A stretch of DNA of 57,281 bases. Source: a virus (Duplodnaviria; Caudoviricetes). Of this stretch, positions 36,655 to 46,007 are shown piece after piece; position 1 is the first letter of the stretch; the number at the start of each line of letters is the position of its first letter. The DNA is taken from positions 1-57,281 of IMG/VR virus record IMGVR_UViG_3300012950_000004. One strand, written 5' to 3'. Under the pieces are notes generated by a model. It made no database searches. It saw only the letters and a program-made list of their open reading frames with translations, and was not told where the DNA came from. Position numbers and translations under genes: made by a program.

Positions 36655-37539
36655 GTGAGTACCAAGCTTCATCTAGCGGGTATCATTCCTGTTGCTAATT
36701 TACCATCTGATTTTGGAGGCATCACGCCTCCCACTTTAGCTCTCGTCGGGTCTAACTTTACTGCTATCCAGAAAGCGGTACACGAATGTGCCATGGCTGG
36801 CTGCAACACTATTTGGATTGTCGCAAACGATGATATGGCACCCCTTATTCGTAAAGTGGTGGGAGAGTGGGTATATGATCCGGTATATTATCGGCGACCC
36901 TCCAAGTTTAGTTCAGAACAAAGAAAAGAAATTCCAGTTTATTACGTACCCATCCACCCTAAAGATCGCGACCGTCGAGATTCCTACGGGTGGTCGGCTC
37001 TATACGGAGCCTATTCCGCATGGAAGGTGGCTTATAAAATATCAGAGTGGGTGTGTCCGGATAAATATTACATTTCATTCCCCATGGGGATATATAATGT
37101 AGGGTGCTTGCGCGAGCATAGACAGTTGATAAACCATCGCACTCAAAACTTTTTTTTAACCTTTGAGAGCAAGACAGTAAAAGACAACATTCCGCTTTCT
37201 TTTACGATGTTTGGAGAAGACTTTAAGGCATGCCGGCGCGCCGTCAACAAAAAGACGACCCGAGCCTACTTACCGCCGGCGAAAGGTGAGCAATATCCCT
37301 CTCAAAAGTTACCACTTGAAGAGCGATGGTCAGCGCGCCATTTTACATTGGAAGAGGTTTTCAGAGAAGTAAATGAAGAACAAAGTAATAACGTGGAGCT
37401 TGATTGGTTTAGCGACATTTCTACTTGGAGTGGATATCGCCATTTTCTGGGCTCAAATAATACAGTAGAAATCCCCGAAGAGGGCTTGACACGAGCGAGA
37501 ATACATGTTAAATTACCTTATGTAGAGGGCGAAAAATGA
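36655..37539 (+). CDS. Divergent sugar-nucleotidyltransferase-like protein
   Basis: AGIIPVA....F....P..L..V....AI...V.EC..AGC.TIWIV fold pattern without the GxGxR motif; probable GTG start at 36655. Confidence 0.6.
   Translation: MSTKLHLAGIIPVANLPSDFGGITPPTLALVGSNFTAIQKAVHECAMAGCNTIWIVANDDMAPLIRKVVGEWVYDPVYYRRPSKFSSEQRKEIPVYYVPIHPKDRDRRDSYGWSALYGAYSAWKVAYKISEWVCPDKYYISFPMGIYNVGCLREHRQLINHRTQNFFLTFESKTVKDNIPLSFTMFGEDFKACRRAVNKKTTRAYLPPAKGEQYPSQKLPLEERWSARHFTLEEVFREVNEEQSNNVELDWFSDISTWSGYRHFLGSNNTVEIPEEGLTRARIHVKLPYVEGEK
37486..37514 (+). promoter_or_regulatory. sigma70-type promoter upstream of the membrane protein and dnaE
   Basis: TTGACA-17-TAAATT with an extended -10 TG. Confidence 0.6.
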
Positions 37540-37841
37540 GAAAAGCATTTGGATGGATTGTGCATCGCGTGAAGCACAAACTTGCACACTTCCACCCTGC
37601 TCGGCTACTTGATACCCTTAAAGAACATGGCATGGCGCTAGTGATTATCATTGTAGGGTGGGAAATCATCGAAGACATTTTGTTTCCACTGCTGTTTATT
37701 TGGCTCGGTCACAACGTCAATCCATGGTTTATAACAGGCGCACCGGTAAGTTGGTTATTGTGTGCTCACCCTGTTGCTGTTCCCGTTCTGTGGGGACTTT
37801 GGATTAAAATTTCTGGGAGAGAAAATGAGAAAAGAATCTGA
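37536..37841 (+). CDS. Small membrane protein
   Basis: Two to three hydrophobic segments; ATGA overlap upstream and overlap with the dnaE start. Confidence 0.6.
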   Translation: MRKAFGWIVHRVKHKLAHFHPARLLDTLKEHGMALVIIIVGWEIIEDILFPLLFIWLGHNVNPWFITGAPVSWLLCAHPVAVPVLWGLWIKISGRENEKRI

Positions 37842-40800
37842 AATTAAGTTTGTTGGACTCCACGCGCATAATGTGGCTGGATCTATTTTTGACGCCCTTG
37901 GGTACCCACAAGCGCATATGGATTTTGCATATGAGAATGGGTGTGATGCTCTAGCACTAACAGACCACGGAAACATGAATGGGTTAGCCTATCAAGTCCT
38001 GCATGCAAAGAAGATGCAAGAAGCAGGAAAGGAGTTCAAGCCTATCTTTGGCTGCGAGGCTTACTTCACGCCCTCCATTGCCGAGTGGCACGAAGCCTAC
38101 AACAAAGCAATGGAAGACAAGAAGAAGGCACGCTCCATCAAGAAAGATGAACAATCTGGCGCCACCGTAGAAGATGAAGGAGATAGTAAAAAGACTCAGG
38201 GAATCTTAAAGCGCCGGCGCCATTTGGTTTTGTTGGCCCAAAATCAGAAGGGTCTTAACAACCTGTTCAAGTTGGTATCCGAATCCTACAAAGCAGAGAA
38301 TTTTTATCGCTATCCTCGCATTGATTACGCACTCCTAAAGAAGTACAACGAGGGCATTATAGCCTCGTCAGCATGCCTAGGAGGCGTTTATGCCGGGAAC
38401 TACTGGGAGAACCGGGACGACGGCGCCGAAGCCGTCCTAGAGGCAATGAGGGAGTCTACACGCCAAATGGTTAATATCTTTGGAGATCGCTGGTACGCCG
38501 AGATCCAATGGAACAATATCAAAGAACAACATGAATTAAACCAGTACGTGATTAAGATTGCTAAAGAGTTTGGTGTTGGGATTGTAACAACAGCCGATAG
38601 CCACTATCCCAATCCCGACGCTTGGAAGGATAGAGAGCTTTACAAGCGCCTTGGGTGGCTTGGCAAGGGGCGCCCCTCATGGGCAGAAGAAGAATCACAA
38701 CTCCCTGACGGCGTTGAGGAAATCGGCTACGAATTGTATCCCAAAAATGGGGATCAGATGTGGGAGAGTTATAAACAATACTCCGAGGAACAAGGCTTTG
38801 AATACGACGATGAAGTGGTTCTCCGGAGCATCGAAGAAACACACCGGATTGCATTCGATCGAATTGAATCGTTTTTGCCCGATAACACTGTGCGGTTGCC
38901 GGAATTCGTTGTACCGGCAGGATTCACGGCAACTCAAGCGCTTGTTAATTTTGCTTTAGAAGGGCTGAAAGAGCGCGGCTTTCACACGAACAAGGAATAC
39001 ACGGATCGTCTACGTCGAGAGTTGGGCGTGATTGATGAGCGAGGATTCTCAAAATACTTCCTAACTATGAAGTCGATTGTTGATGTGGCCACAGATATGA
39101 TGCTGGCTGGACCAGGCAGAGGATCCGCCGCCGGCTCTCTTGTGGCATATGCGCTGGGGATTACACAAGTGGATCCAATCAAGCATGGGCTTCTGTTCTC
39201 GCGCTTCCTGCGCTCAGACGCGACAGACTATCCAGATATCGATTATGATGTATCGGACAGCATGGCACTCAAGGAGAAGCTTGTTGATATGTGGGGCGCC
39301 GACTGCGTTGCCCCCATTTCCAACTGGAACACTCTGCAGCTCAAAAGTTTAATCAAGGATATCTCCAAGCTTTACAATATCCCATTCACGGAGGTCAACA
39401 CAGTAACCTCTATCATGATGAGGGAAGCACTACCAGAAGCCAAAAAGAAGCATGGCATTAAGTCGGGCATCTATGCCCCCACGTGGGAAGAGGTCATGGA
39501 GTTCTCGCCATCACTTCGCAAGTATTTGGCGATGCATCCGGCAGTCAAGACCCACGTTGAGGGCTTAGTCGGACAGGTGCGGTCTTGCTCTCGTCATGCC
39601 GGTGGGGTCGTTATCGCAGAGGATCTTGATAAGAATATGCCTCTAATCAACTCCGGAGGGGTGCGGCAGGCGCCATGGGCAGAGGGGCAGAACGTTCGAC
39701 ATCTTGAGCCGATGGGGTTCATTAAGTTCGATTTGCTAGGCTTGTCTACACTTAAAATGATGGAAGGTTGCATTGAGCATATCTTGCAGCGTCATCATGA
39801 CGTCGAGGCGCCTACGTTTACAGATGTATTAAACTACTACAATGAGCATTTGCATCCAGATGTAATTGATATGGACAATCAAGAAGTGTATGAAAACATA
39901 TTCCACGCAGGCAAGTGGGCTGGAGTCTTTCAATTCACAGAGTCGGGCGCCCAGAAGTTTTGTGTCCGCGCAAAACCCAGAAACATTATTGATGTGTCGG
40001 CTATCACATCCATCTATCGCCCGGGCCCATTGGCTGCTAATGTACACGATGAATATGTGGAAGCGAAGGAGAGCCCCCACTACATCAAGTATTTGAATGA
40101 AGACGCACACGATATCACACAAGAGACGTTTGGCTTTCTGATCTTTCAGGAGCAGATTGCGCTGCTGGCACACAAACTTGGAGGTCTGACATTGGACGAG
40201 GGCAACATGCTCCGCAAGGTGTTGACCAAGAAAGGTACCGGCAAGGGATCCGTCAAGGGCAAGCTGCACGATAAATTTATCTCTGGCTGCGCAGCAAACA
40301 AGATCGCAAGAGACGAAGCCCAAGCACTCTGGGATAAGTTCGAGTTTTTCTCGGGGTATGGCTTTAATAAGTCGCACGCCGTATCTTACAGCATCATTTC
40401 TTTCCAGTGCGCGTGGCTCTGGAATTACTATCCCGCAGAGTGGATGGCCGCTTTCTTGGACAAGGAGCCTGAGAGTCGCAAAGAAAAGGCGATTAATATT
40501 GCCAAGAAGTTTGGCTTCAAGATCGCGCCCTTGGACGTCAATAAGTCAGGCACAGTATGGGAGATTAGCGCCGACGGAAAGACCCTCATTCAGCCCCTCA
40601 CTTCAATTAAGGGATTGGGGATGGCTGCAATCGAGCAAGTGCTGGAAAATAGACCTTTCTTAAACGCCGAAGACCTATTGTTTCGCGAAGGAGTATCTTA
40701 TAGCAAGTTAAACAAAAAGGCACTTGACGCACTGTGTCGTGGAGGCGCCCTAGATCATATCGTCGACGATCGCTTTACAGGTCGAAAGCATTTTTGGTCT

Positions 40801-41253
40801 ACGTGCGTTGTGGAAAGACCTAAGAACCTTAAAAGGTTTAATGAAAACCTGGAGCTATATCGACCGGAAGGAGATTTTACGGAAGAAGAAATTATTCAGT
40901 TTAAGACAGACTTGACGGGCGTATTTCCTCTTAATCTCGTAGTGGACGCAGCGATGCTGCAAAGGCTTCACGAAAGGTACATACCCCCCATTTCAGAGTT
41001 TGATCAGGCGTTACAAATTTGCTGGTTTATTCCCCGCAAGATTGTGCCCAAGCAAACGAAGAATGGGAAACTTTATTGGATTGTAGAGGTTATTGATTCG
41101 AACAACGAACTAACTAGAATTAGATGCTGGGGTGTAAAACCCGAGAAGGATCGTATCCATCTCAACCGACCGTACATGGCATCCTTGAAATATGATCCGA
41201 ACTGGGGATTCAGTACGTATGCCATTGGAAAGACATTTAAACAACTAGGATAA
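37825..41253 (+). CDS. dnaE: DNA polymerase III alpha subunit (family C)
   Basis: PHP motifs LHAH, TDHGN and DSHY; GPGRGSAAGSLVAYALGIT; catalytic PDIDYD; KFDLLGL; YGFNKSHA. Likely start is ATG 37825. Confidence 0.97.
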   Translation: MRKESEIKFVGLHAHNVAGSIFDALGYPQAHMDFAYENGCDALALTDHGNMNGLAYQVLHAKKMQEAGKEFKPIFGCEAYFTPSIAEWHEAYNKAMEDKKKARSIKKDEQSGATVEDEGDSKKTQGILKRRRHLVLLAQNQKGLNNLFKLVSESYKAENFYRYPRIDYALLKKYNEGIIASSACLGGVYAGNYWENRDDGAEAVLEAMRESTRQMVNIFGDRWYAEIQWNNIKEQHELNQYVIKIAKEFGVGIVTTADSHYPNPDAWKDRELYKRLGWLGKGRPSWAEEESQLPDGVEEIGYELYPKNGDQMWESYKQYSEEQGFEYDDEVVLRSIEETHRIAFDRIESFLPDNTVRLPEFVVPAGFTATQALVNFALEGLKERGFHTNKEYTDRLRRELGVIDERGFSKYFLTMKSIVDVATDMMLAGPGRGSAAGSLVAYALGITQVDPIKHGLLFSRFLRSDATDYPDIDYDVSDSMALKEKLVDMWGADCVAPISNWNTLQLKSLIKDISKLYNIPFTEVNTVTSIMMREALPEAKKKHGIKSGIYAPTWEEVMEFSPSLRKYLAMHPAVKTHVEGLVGQVRSCSRHAGGVVIAEDLDKNMPLINSGGVRQAPWAEGQNVRHLEPMGFIKFDLLGLSTLKMMEGCIEHILQRHHDVEAPTFTDVLNYYNEHLHPDVIDMDNQEVYENIFHAGKWAGVFQFTESGAQKFCVRAKPRNIIDVSAITSIYRPGPLAANVHDEYVEAKESPHYIKYLNEDAHDITQETFGFLIFQEQIALLAHKLGGLTLDEGNMLRKVLTKKGTGKGSVKGKLHDKFISGCAANKIARDEAQALWDKFEFFSGYGFNKSHAVSYSIISFQCAWLWNYYPAEWMAAFLDKEPESRKEKAINIAKKFGFKIAPLDVNKSGTVWEISADGKTLIQPLTSIKGLGMAAIEQVLENRPFLNAEDLLFREGVSYSKLNKKALDALCRGGALDHIVDDRFTGRKHFWSTCVVERPKNLKRFNENLELYRPEGDFTEEEIIQFKTDLTGVFPLNLVVDAAMLQRLHERYIPPISEFDQALQICWFIPRKIVPKQTKNGKLYWIVEVIDSNNELTRIRCWGVKPEKDRIHLNRPYMASLKYDPNWGFSTYAIGKTFKQLG

Positions 41254-41256
41254 ACT

Positions 41257-41862
41257 ATGAACGTTATTAGATATTTTAGCCCGCTTTTGAAAGAGCCCAA
41301 GTTGATAGACGATCTTCCGGTGATTATTCGTGTGCGCAAGTTTGATGAGCCATCAGCCAAAGAATTTTCAACGTTGATGATGAAGGCGCAGAACACTGGA
41401 CAACCCATAGTGCCAGTCATTATTGACAGCTATGGAGGACAAGTGTATAGCTTGATGTCCATGATATCAGACATCAAGCATTCTAAAATTAAGGTCGCTA
41501 CGATCGTCCAAGGCAAAGCCATGTCATGTGGTGCGATCTTGTTTAGTTTTGGATCGGAGGGCTATCGTTTTATGGATCCAGATGCCACTGTGATGATTCA
41601 CGACGTAAGTTCGATGGAGTGGGGTAAAATTGAAGAAATCAAAGCATCCGCCGGCGAAGCAGATCGGCTTAATCAGAAAATATATCATATGATGGCTCAA
41701 AATTGTGGCCATCATGTGGAGTATTTTTTGGATATCGTGCACGAAAAAGGTCATGCTGATTGGTTTTTGGATGCCAATGAGGCACTTAAACACAATCTTG
41801 CAAATCACCAACGAGTACCCGAGTTAAAAATTAAGGCAGACGTCAACTTTAACTTCGAATAG
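41257..41862 (+). CDS. clpP: ClpP-like protease (paralogue 1)
   Basis: IDSYGG, AMSCG (Ser), VMIHD (His) and ADWFL (Asp). Confidence 0.9.
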   Translation: MNVIRYFSPLLKEPKLIDDLPVIIRVRKFDEPSAKEFSTLMMKAQNTGQPIVPVIIDSYGGQVYSLMSMISDIKHSKIKVATIVQGKAMSCGAILFSFGSEGYRFMDPDATVMIHDVSSMEWGKIEEIKASAGEADRLNQKIYHMMAQNCGHHVEYFLDIVHEKGHADWFLDANEALKHNLANHQRVPELKIKADVNFNFE

Positions 41863-41890
41863 AGCACTATTTAGGCTGGAGGGTTGACCT

Positions 41891-42586
41891 GTGGCTGCTA
41901 GTAATAGGTTGCGCTGGAAGCGCTTGCTTAATGAATTAAAATTTCTCCATGAAGAAAAGGAATTAATCGAATCTATCTCCGCGGAATCTGGCAGAGAATT
42001 TCAAATACATTATGAAGAGTTTTGTGCTCGCCAAGAGATAGATCGGGGCGCGCTTAACCAGAAGCATAGTCAAAAAATTCAGGATATCTACAACACCCAA
42101 ACCGCCGAACAGGGCGAGCCTCCACTTTTGGCGGGCTTGCCGGCTCTTTACGAACCTCCCCCCTCCGAAGAGGAAGAGAGTTCTTATAAAATGACAAAGG
42201 ACGAAATAGAGATATATGAATCCTTTAAAAAAGTTTTCCGCAAATTGGCGCTCATCCTTCATCCCGATAAATTAAATCCCATGCTGCCTCCCCACGAACG
42301 TACCGAGAAACTTAAAATGTTTAAAGATGCAAAAGAGTCCTTAGAAGAACATCGATACTTTAAACTATTAGAACTAGCCGATCTTTTTAAGATCAACTTC
42401 CCTCGCAACTACAAGCAACACAGCCGCTGGATGAAGCGAGAAATTAATCGCCTTGAAGAAGAGATTAATGTCGAAAAGAAGACTTATAATTATCAATTTG
42501 CTGAATGCGAAACGGACGCACAAAAAGACAGATTAATTGCATCGTTCATTTATCAGCTATTTGGTTTACAACTTTCTTCCAAATAG
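41891..42586 (+). CDS. J-domain (DnaJ-like) protein
   Basis: FKKVFRKLALILHPDK; preceded by an ACTATTTA box. Confidence 0.8.
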   Translation: MAASNRLRWKRLLNELKFLHEEKELIESISAESGREFQIHYEEFCARQEIDRGALNQKHSQKIQDIYNTQTAEQGEPPLLAGLPALYEPPPSEEEESSYKMTKDEIEIYESFKKVFRKLALILHPDKLNPMLPPHERTEKLKMFKDAKESLEEHRYFKLLELADLFKINFPRNYKQHSRWMKREINRLEEEINVEKKTYNYQFAECETDAQKDRLIASFIYQLFGLQLSSK

Positions 42587-42589
42587 TTC

Positions 42590-42618
42590 TTGACTTTTAA
42601 GATGAGGGATGTTATATT
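42590..42618 (+). promoter_or_regulatory. sigma70-type promoter
   Basis: TTGACT-17-TATATT with an extended -10 TG. Confidence 0.75.
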
Positions 42619-42642
42619 TTGATAGTAACAAAGGAGGGCTTA

Positions 42643-42894
42643 ATGGCCACAACAAACAACGAGAAGAAGCAATACGTTAAGGAGTATATTCGCTCCTTGA
42701 AAACAATCGAAGACTGTATCGAGCCCTATCAGGAGCAAAAGCGCGAACTGCGCTCAGAGTTCCGAGAGAACGGCTGGCTCAACACGGACGAGATCCGAGC
42801 AGCCGTAAAGGCATATCGTCTTTATAAGCACAAGTATGACATGGAAGAGATAGTGGAGAACTTTGAAGCGATTAGTGGAGGGAATAGTGAATAA
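42643..42894 (+). CDS. Small helical protein, T4 DsbA/GapR-like dsDNA-binding candidate
   Basis: AAGGAGG RBS; helical pattern EYIRSLK.IE..I....EQKREL..E. Confidence 0.55.
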   Translation: MATTNNEKKQYVKEYIRSLKTIEDCIEPYQEQKRELRSEFRENGWLNTDEIRAAVKAYRLYKHKYDMEEIVENFEAISGGNSE

Positions 42895-43360
42895 AAATAC
42901 ACAAGTTGTCATGTTTTCTTCCAAGACCGGAGAGTGGGGTACCCCCCAAGAATTTTTTGATAAACTTAATTGGAGATTTGGACCTTTCGACCTTGATCCA
43001 TGCGCGGACGCGAATAATACAAAGTGTTCTCGCTTTTTTACTGAGAACGAGAATGGGTTGAGCCAGAACTGGGAGGGGTCTAAAGCCTTCGTTAATCCTC
43101 CCTACGGCCGCGGAATCGACAAGTGGATTCAAAAAAGTTATAATGAAGCGAAGAAATCCAACACAAAAGTGGTGATGCTTATCCCAGCACGCACAGATAC
43201 TCGATACTGGCACGACTACGTTATGAAGGCGGATGAAGTATACTTTGTAAAAGGAAGGCTGAAGTTTGGAGACAGCGAAAACAGCGCCCCCTTCCCGTCT
43301 GCAGTGGTTGTATTCGATGGGGGAAACATGTCTCAAGTTTTTGGAGCTATGAATAGATAA
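42887..43360 (+). CDS. Phage DNA N6-adenine methyltransferase
   Basis: EWGTP, FDLDPCA, catalytic FVNPPY, LIPARTDT, GRLKF and APFPS motifs; probable GTG start at 42887. Confidence 0.92.
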   Translation: MNKNTQVVMFSSKTGEWGTPQEFFDKLNWRFGPFDLDPCADANNTKCSRFFTENENGLSQNWEGSKAFVNPPYGRGIDKWIQKSYNEAKKSNTKVVMLIPARTDTRYWHDYVMKADEVYFVKGRLKFGDSENSAPFPSAVVVFDGGNMSQVFGAMNR

Positions 43361-43370
43361 GGAAAATACT

Positions 43371-43745
43371 ATGGCAAAACAAGAAATGTTAACGGCAGCG
43401 ATTAATCAGCTGCGCGCAAAGGCGCTCGAAGCGTATGCGATAATTAAAGATACTCTCCACACCCCAATGGTAGAAGGAGATTTAAACACAATAGCATCCC
43501 AGGCGCTTAAGCTGGCTCAGTATGAAGGAGCGATGGTCACGCTGGAACAATACAGCCAATCGCTGTTGGCTGTGCTCCCCCGGGAAGAAGAGCCTACAAC
43601 CGTAGAAGCAGAAGAGGAAGAGCCGGCCCCCGACGCTACTCAGATGAGTGAAGAAGAGTTGCTTAGTAAATCGCCCACTTATAAGAAATCCGTAGAGGAT
43701 GCTAAACTTAAAGGGTTGAACAAAAAGAAGAGCGAAGAAGAGTGA
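43371..43745 (+). CDS. Hypothetical protein
   Basis: ORF with AAGGA RBS, contiguous in the operon. Confidence 0.65.
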   Translation: MAKQEMLTAAINQLRAKALEAYAIIKDTLHTPMVEGDLNTIASQALKLAQYEGAMVTLEQYSQSLLAVLPREEEPTTVEAEEEEPAPDATQMSEEELLSKSPTYKKSVEDAKLKGLNKKKSEEE

Positions 43746-43749
43746 CCCC

Positions 43750-43995
43750 ATGAATCGTCAGCAACGCCGCGCCGCTCAAAAAGCCATGGGCAAGAAGGGT
43801 ATTGAAGAGGTATCGCGACAGATCGCGCAGTTTGGAAACATCCCCACTCAATGTTCTACGTGCCACAAGGGATTTGACAAAAAAGACAAATCCATGGCAC
43901 TATCGTGGCGAGTAACCGTTCGCCAAGAACAGGTACGCTTATTTTGTCCGGACTGCATAGAAAAAACTCAGGAGATTATAAATGAGCGTGACTAG
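43750..43995 (+). CDS. Hypothetical zinc-ribbon protein
   Basis: MNRQQRR start with CSTC...CPDC. Confidence 0.65.
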   Translation: MNRQQRRAAQKAMGKKGIEEVSRQIAQFGNIPTQCSTCHKGFDKKDKSMALSWRVTVRQEQVRLFCPDCIEKTQEIINERD

Positions 43996-44353
43996 AATCT
44001 CTCCAGGCGCCCTTAAAAAGATATTGTCTGGACAAGTAAAAGAGGATGCTACATGCGTGGTTAAATTTTATTCTAATGAATGCCACATGTGCAAAACTCT
44101 GGGACCATATTTTGAAGAACTTGCCCGCAGAGAAGAATACGAAGGATTACATTTTTTTGCTTTTAATGTTCTCGACTATCCCAAAATTGAAAAAATGCTA
44201 GGATTTCATGGGGTGCCCACTATTTCACTCCTACGCACCAACCCCGGGCAGGTCAAGCCACGCATTCGTATCATGGAAGAACCGCTTAACCCGCATAAAA
44301 AGACATGGTATCGAGTAAGCGAAATAGCTGATTTCATCAATCGAGAGAAATAA
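43982..44353 (+). CDS. Thioredoxin-like protein
   Basis: VVKFYSNECHMC and cis-Pro GVPT. Confidence 0.85.
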   Translation: MSVTRISPGALKKILSGQVKEDATCVVKFYSNECHMCKTLGPYFEELARREEYEGLHFFAFNVLDYPKIEKMLGFHGVPTISLLRTNPGQVKPRIRIMEEPLNPHKKTWYRVSEIADFINREK

Positions 44354-44354
44354 A

Positions 44355-45389
44355 ATGACCCACCCCACTTTGTCTTATGATGATGTGCTCCTTGTCCCTC
44401 AATATTCTGATATTAAAAGCCGCACTGAAATCGATATTGCGACCGATCTAGGAAAAAATTTAAAGCTCTCTGTTCCCGTCATTGCCTCTCCGATGGACAC
44501 CATTTCGGAAACAGCCATGGGTGTTGCGATGAGCCAGTATGGGGGAGTGGCGGTTATTCATCGTTATAATACTATCGCACATCAAGCGCGCCATGTCTCG
44601 ATGACTAAGGATTTTCAAGATGTGCCACAGCTTCAAGTGGGAGCAGCGATTGGTATTTCGGGAGATTATCAAGAGCGCGCCCAAGTTTTATTGTCGGTGG
44701 GTGTGGATTTCTTGTGTTTGGATGTAGCCCACGGACACCACATTATGATGAAGGAAGCGTTAGAACATTTACGCTCGGAATATGGCGCCGATCTTCACCT
44801 AATGGCCGGCAATGTCGCCACGCTGGAAGGCATTAACGACCTATCAGATTGGGGGGCGGATTCGGTGCGCTGCAATATTGGTGGCGGATCTATTTGTTCA
44901 ACCCGAATTCAAACAGGACACGGAGTGCCGGGCTTACAAACAATTATGGAGTGCGCCAAGACCGATCGTAATGTAAAAATCATCGCAGATGGAGGTATTC
45001 GTAACTCCGGCGACATAGTAAAGGCGCTAGCCGCAGGCGCAGACGCAGTCATGTGCGGCTCTCTTTTAGCCGGCACCAAAGAATCCCCGGGCAAGATTAT
45101 TCAAGATAAAGACGGACACCGGTGGAAACTCTATCGCGGAATGGCCAGCAAAGAAGCTCAAATTGAATGGCGCGGTAAATATTCTTCCTTTGAGGGGGTA
45201 TCCAGCACTGTACCCTATCGTGGTCCTATTAACAGTGTACTTGAAGATCTGGAGAAGGGAATCCGTTCTGGGTTCTCTTACTCTGGAGCCCGCAGCTTAC
45301 GAGAGTTGCATGCAAAAGCCCACTTTTTGATGCAAACCAACGCTGGTTTTTCTGAGAGTCGCACTCATATTTTAAATCGAGAGTGGTAA
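44355..45389 (+). CDS. guaB: IMP dehydrogenase/GMP reductase family protein without CBS domains
   Basis: [25 protein letters not shown], catalytic [14 protein letters not shown] and YRGMAS motifs. Confidence 0.9.
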   Translation: MTHPTLSYDDVLLVPQYSDIKSRTEIDIATDLGKNLKLSVPVIASPMDTISETAMGVAMSQYGGVAVIHRYNTIAHQARHVSMTKDFQDVPQLQVGAAIGISGDYQERAQVLLSVGVDFLCLDVAHGHHIMMKEALEHLRSEYGADLHLMAGNVATLEGINDLSDWGADSVRCNIGGGSICSTRIQTGHGVPGLQTIMECAKTDRNVKIIADGGIRNSGDIVKALAAGADAVMCGSLLAGTKESPGKIIQDKDGHRWKLYRGMASKEAQIEWRGKYSSFEGVSSTVPYRGPINSVLEDLEKGIRSGFSYSGARSLRELHAKAHFLMQTNAGFSESRTHILNREW

Positions 45390-45390
45390 G

Positions 45391-45708
45391 ATGAGCGATT
45401 ATGGCGTTAACTCAAAAAAGATCGTCTTCTCCGATACCGATCATCGACATGCCCAACTAGTCGTGCGCCTAAGACATGATGGGCTCACGCAGGCTCATTT
45501 TTTTCGTAGCCTAATTAGCGGATACATAGAAGGGGACGAGAGAATTCAAAGTTATATTACAGAAGTCAGTTCCCAGTCTATTTTAAAAAAACGCAGATCT
45601 CAGCGCCTCCGAATCGAAGGCAAGCAGAAAGTAGAAGAAATGGGCTTGTCCGATAAACAAGTGGAAAATATTTTTGATTTGATCGCCGAGGAGCACCCTG
45701 ATTTATGA
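45391..45708 (+). CDS. Hypothetical protein
   Basis: Contiguous ORF, ATGA-coupled to the next gene. Confidence 0.65.
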   Translation: MSDYGVNSKKIVFSDTDHRHAQLVVRLRHDGLTQAHFFRSLISGYIEGDERIQSYITEVSSQSILKKRRSQRLRIEGKQKVEEMGLSDKQVENIFDLIAEEHPDL

Positions 45709-45950
45709 AACATGGTTTACGTGCTTGTTCGATGGAGTGTATGAAAAAGAAGCTCCCCTGTACTCAGGCTGAGTGTAGGTTGTTTATTGAATTTGAAGAA
45801 GATTATAATTGCACCTTAGTAGCAATTTGGGAAAACGGACCCATGACATTGCGCCAAATTGGAGAGCGCATCGGCGTTTCTTTTGCGCGGATTAAACAAA
45901 TAGAGACCAAAGCTTTGAAAAAAATGAGAAAAAACCGCCTCCTCTTGTAG
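45705..45950 (+). CDS. Stand-alone sigma70 region-4 HTH protein with a Cys-rich N-terminus
   Basis: MTLRQIGERIGVSFARIKQIETKALKKMR parallels sigma70 region 4.2; five Cys lie upstream of it. Confidence 0.8.
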   Translation: MKHGLRACSMECMKKKLPCTQAECRLFIEFEEDYNCTLVAIWENGPMTLRQIGERIGVSFARIKQIETKALKKMRKNRLLL

Positions 45951-45968
45951 AGTTTTGTAAAAAATAAT

Positions 45969-45976
45969 ACTATTTA
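45969..45976 (+). promoter_or_regulatory. Putative late promoter box ACTATTTA
   Basis: The 18-mer AATACTATTTACAAATGA (45966-45983) is identical to the one upstream of the sheath gene (8012-8029). Confidence 0.7.
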
Positions 45977-46007
45977 CAAATGAAAATCCATTTAAAGGAG
46001 TATTTTA

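Noticed and set aside
37762-37824. Extended N-terminus of DnaE (similarly 7026, 15768, 29378, 42619, 42863, 51142)
   Set aside because: The track uses the most upstream start; RBS position and overlaps favour the downstream starts given in the features.
28214-41253. Inteins or introns in recA, dnaB, nrdJ and dnaE
   Set aside because: Lengths are normal, motifs are contiguous, and no intein termini or homing endonuclease motifs were seen.
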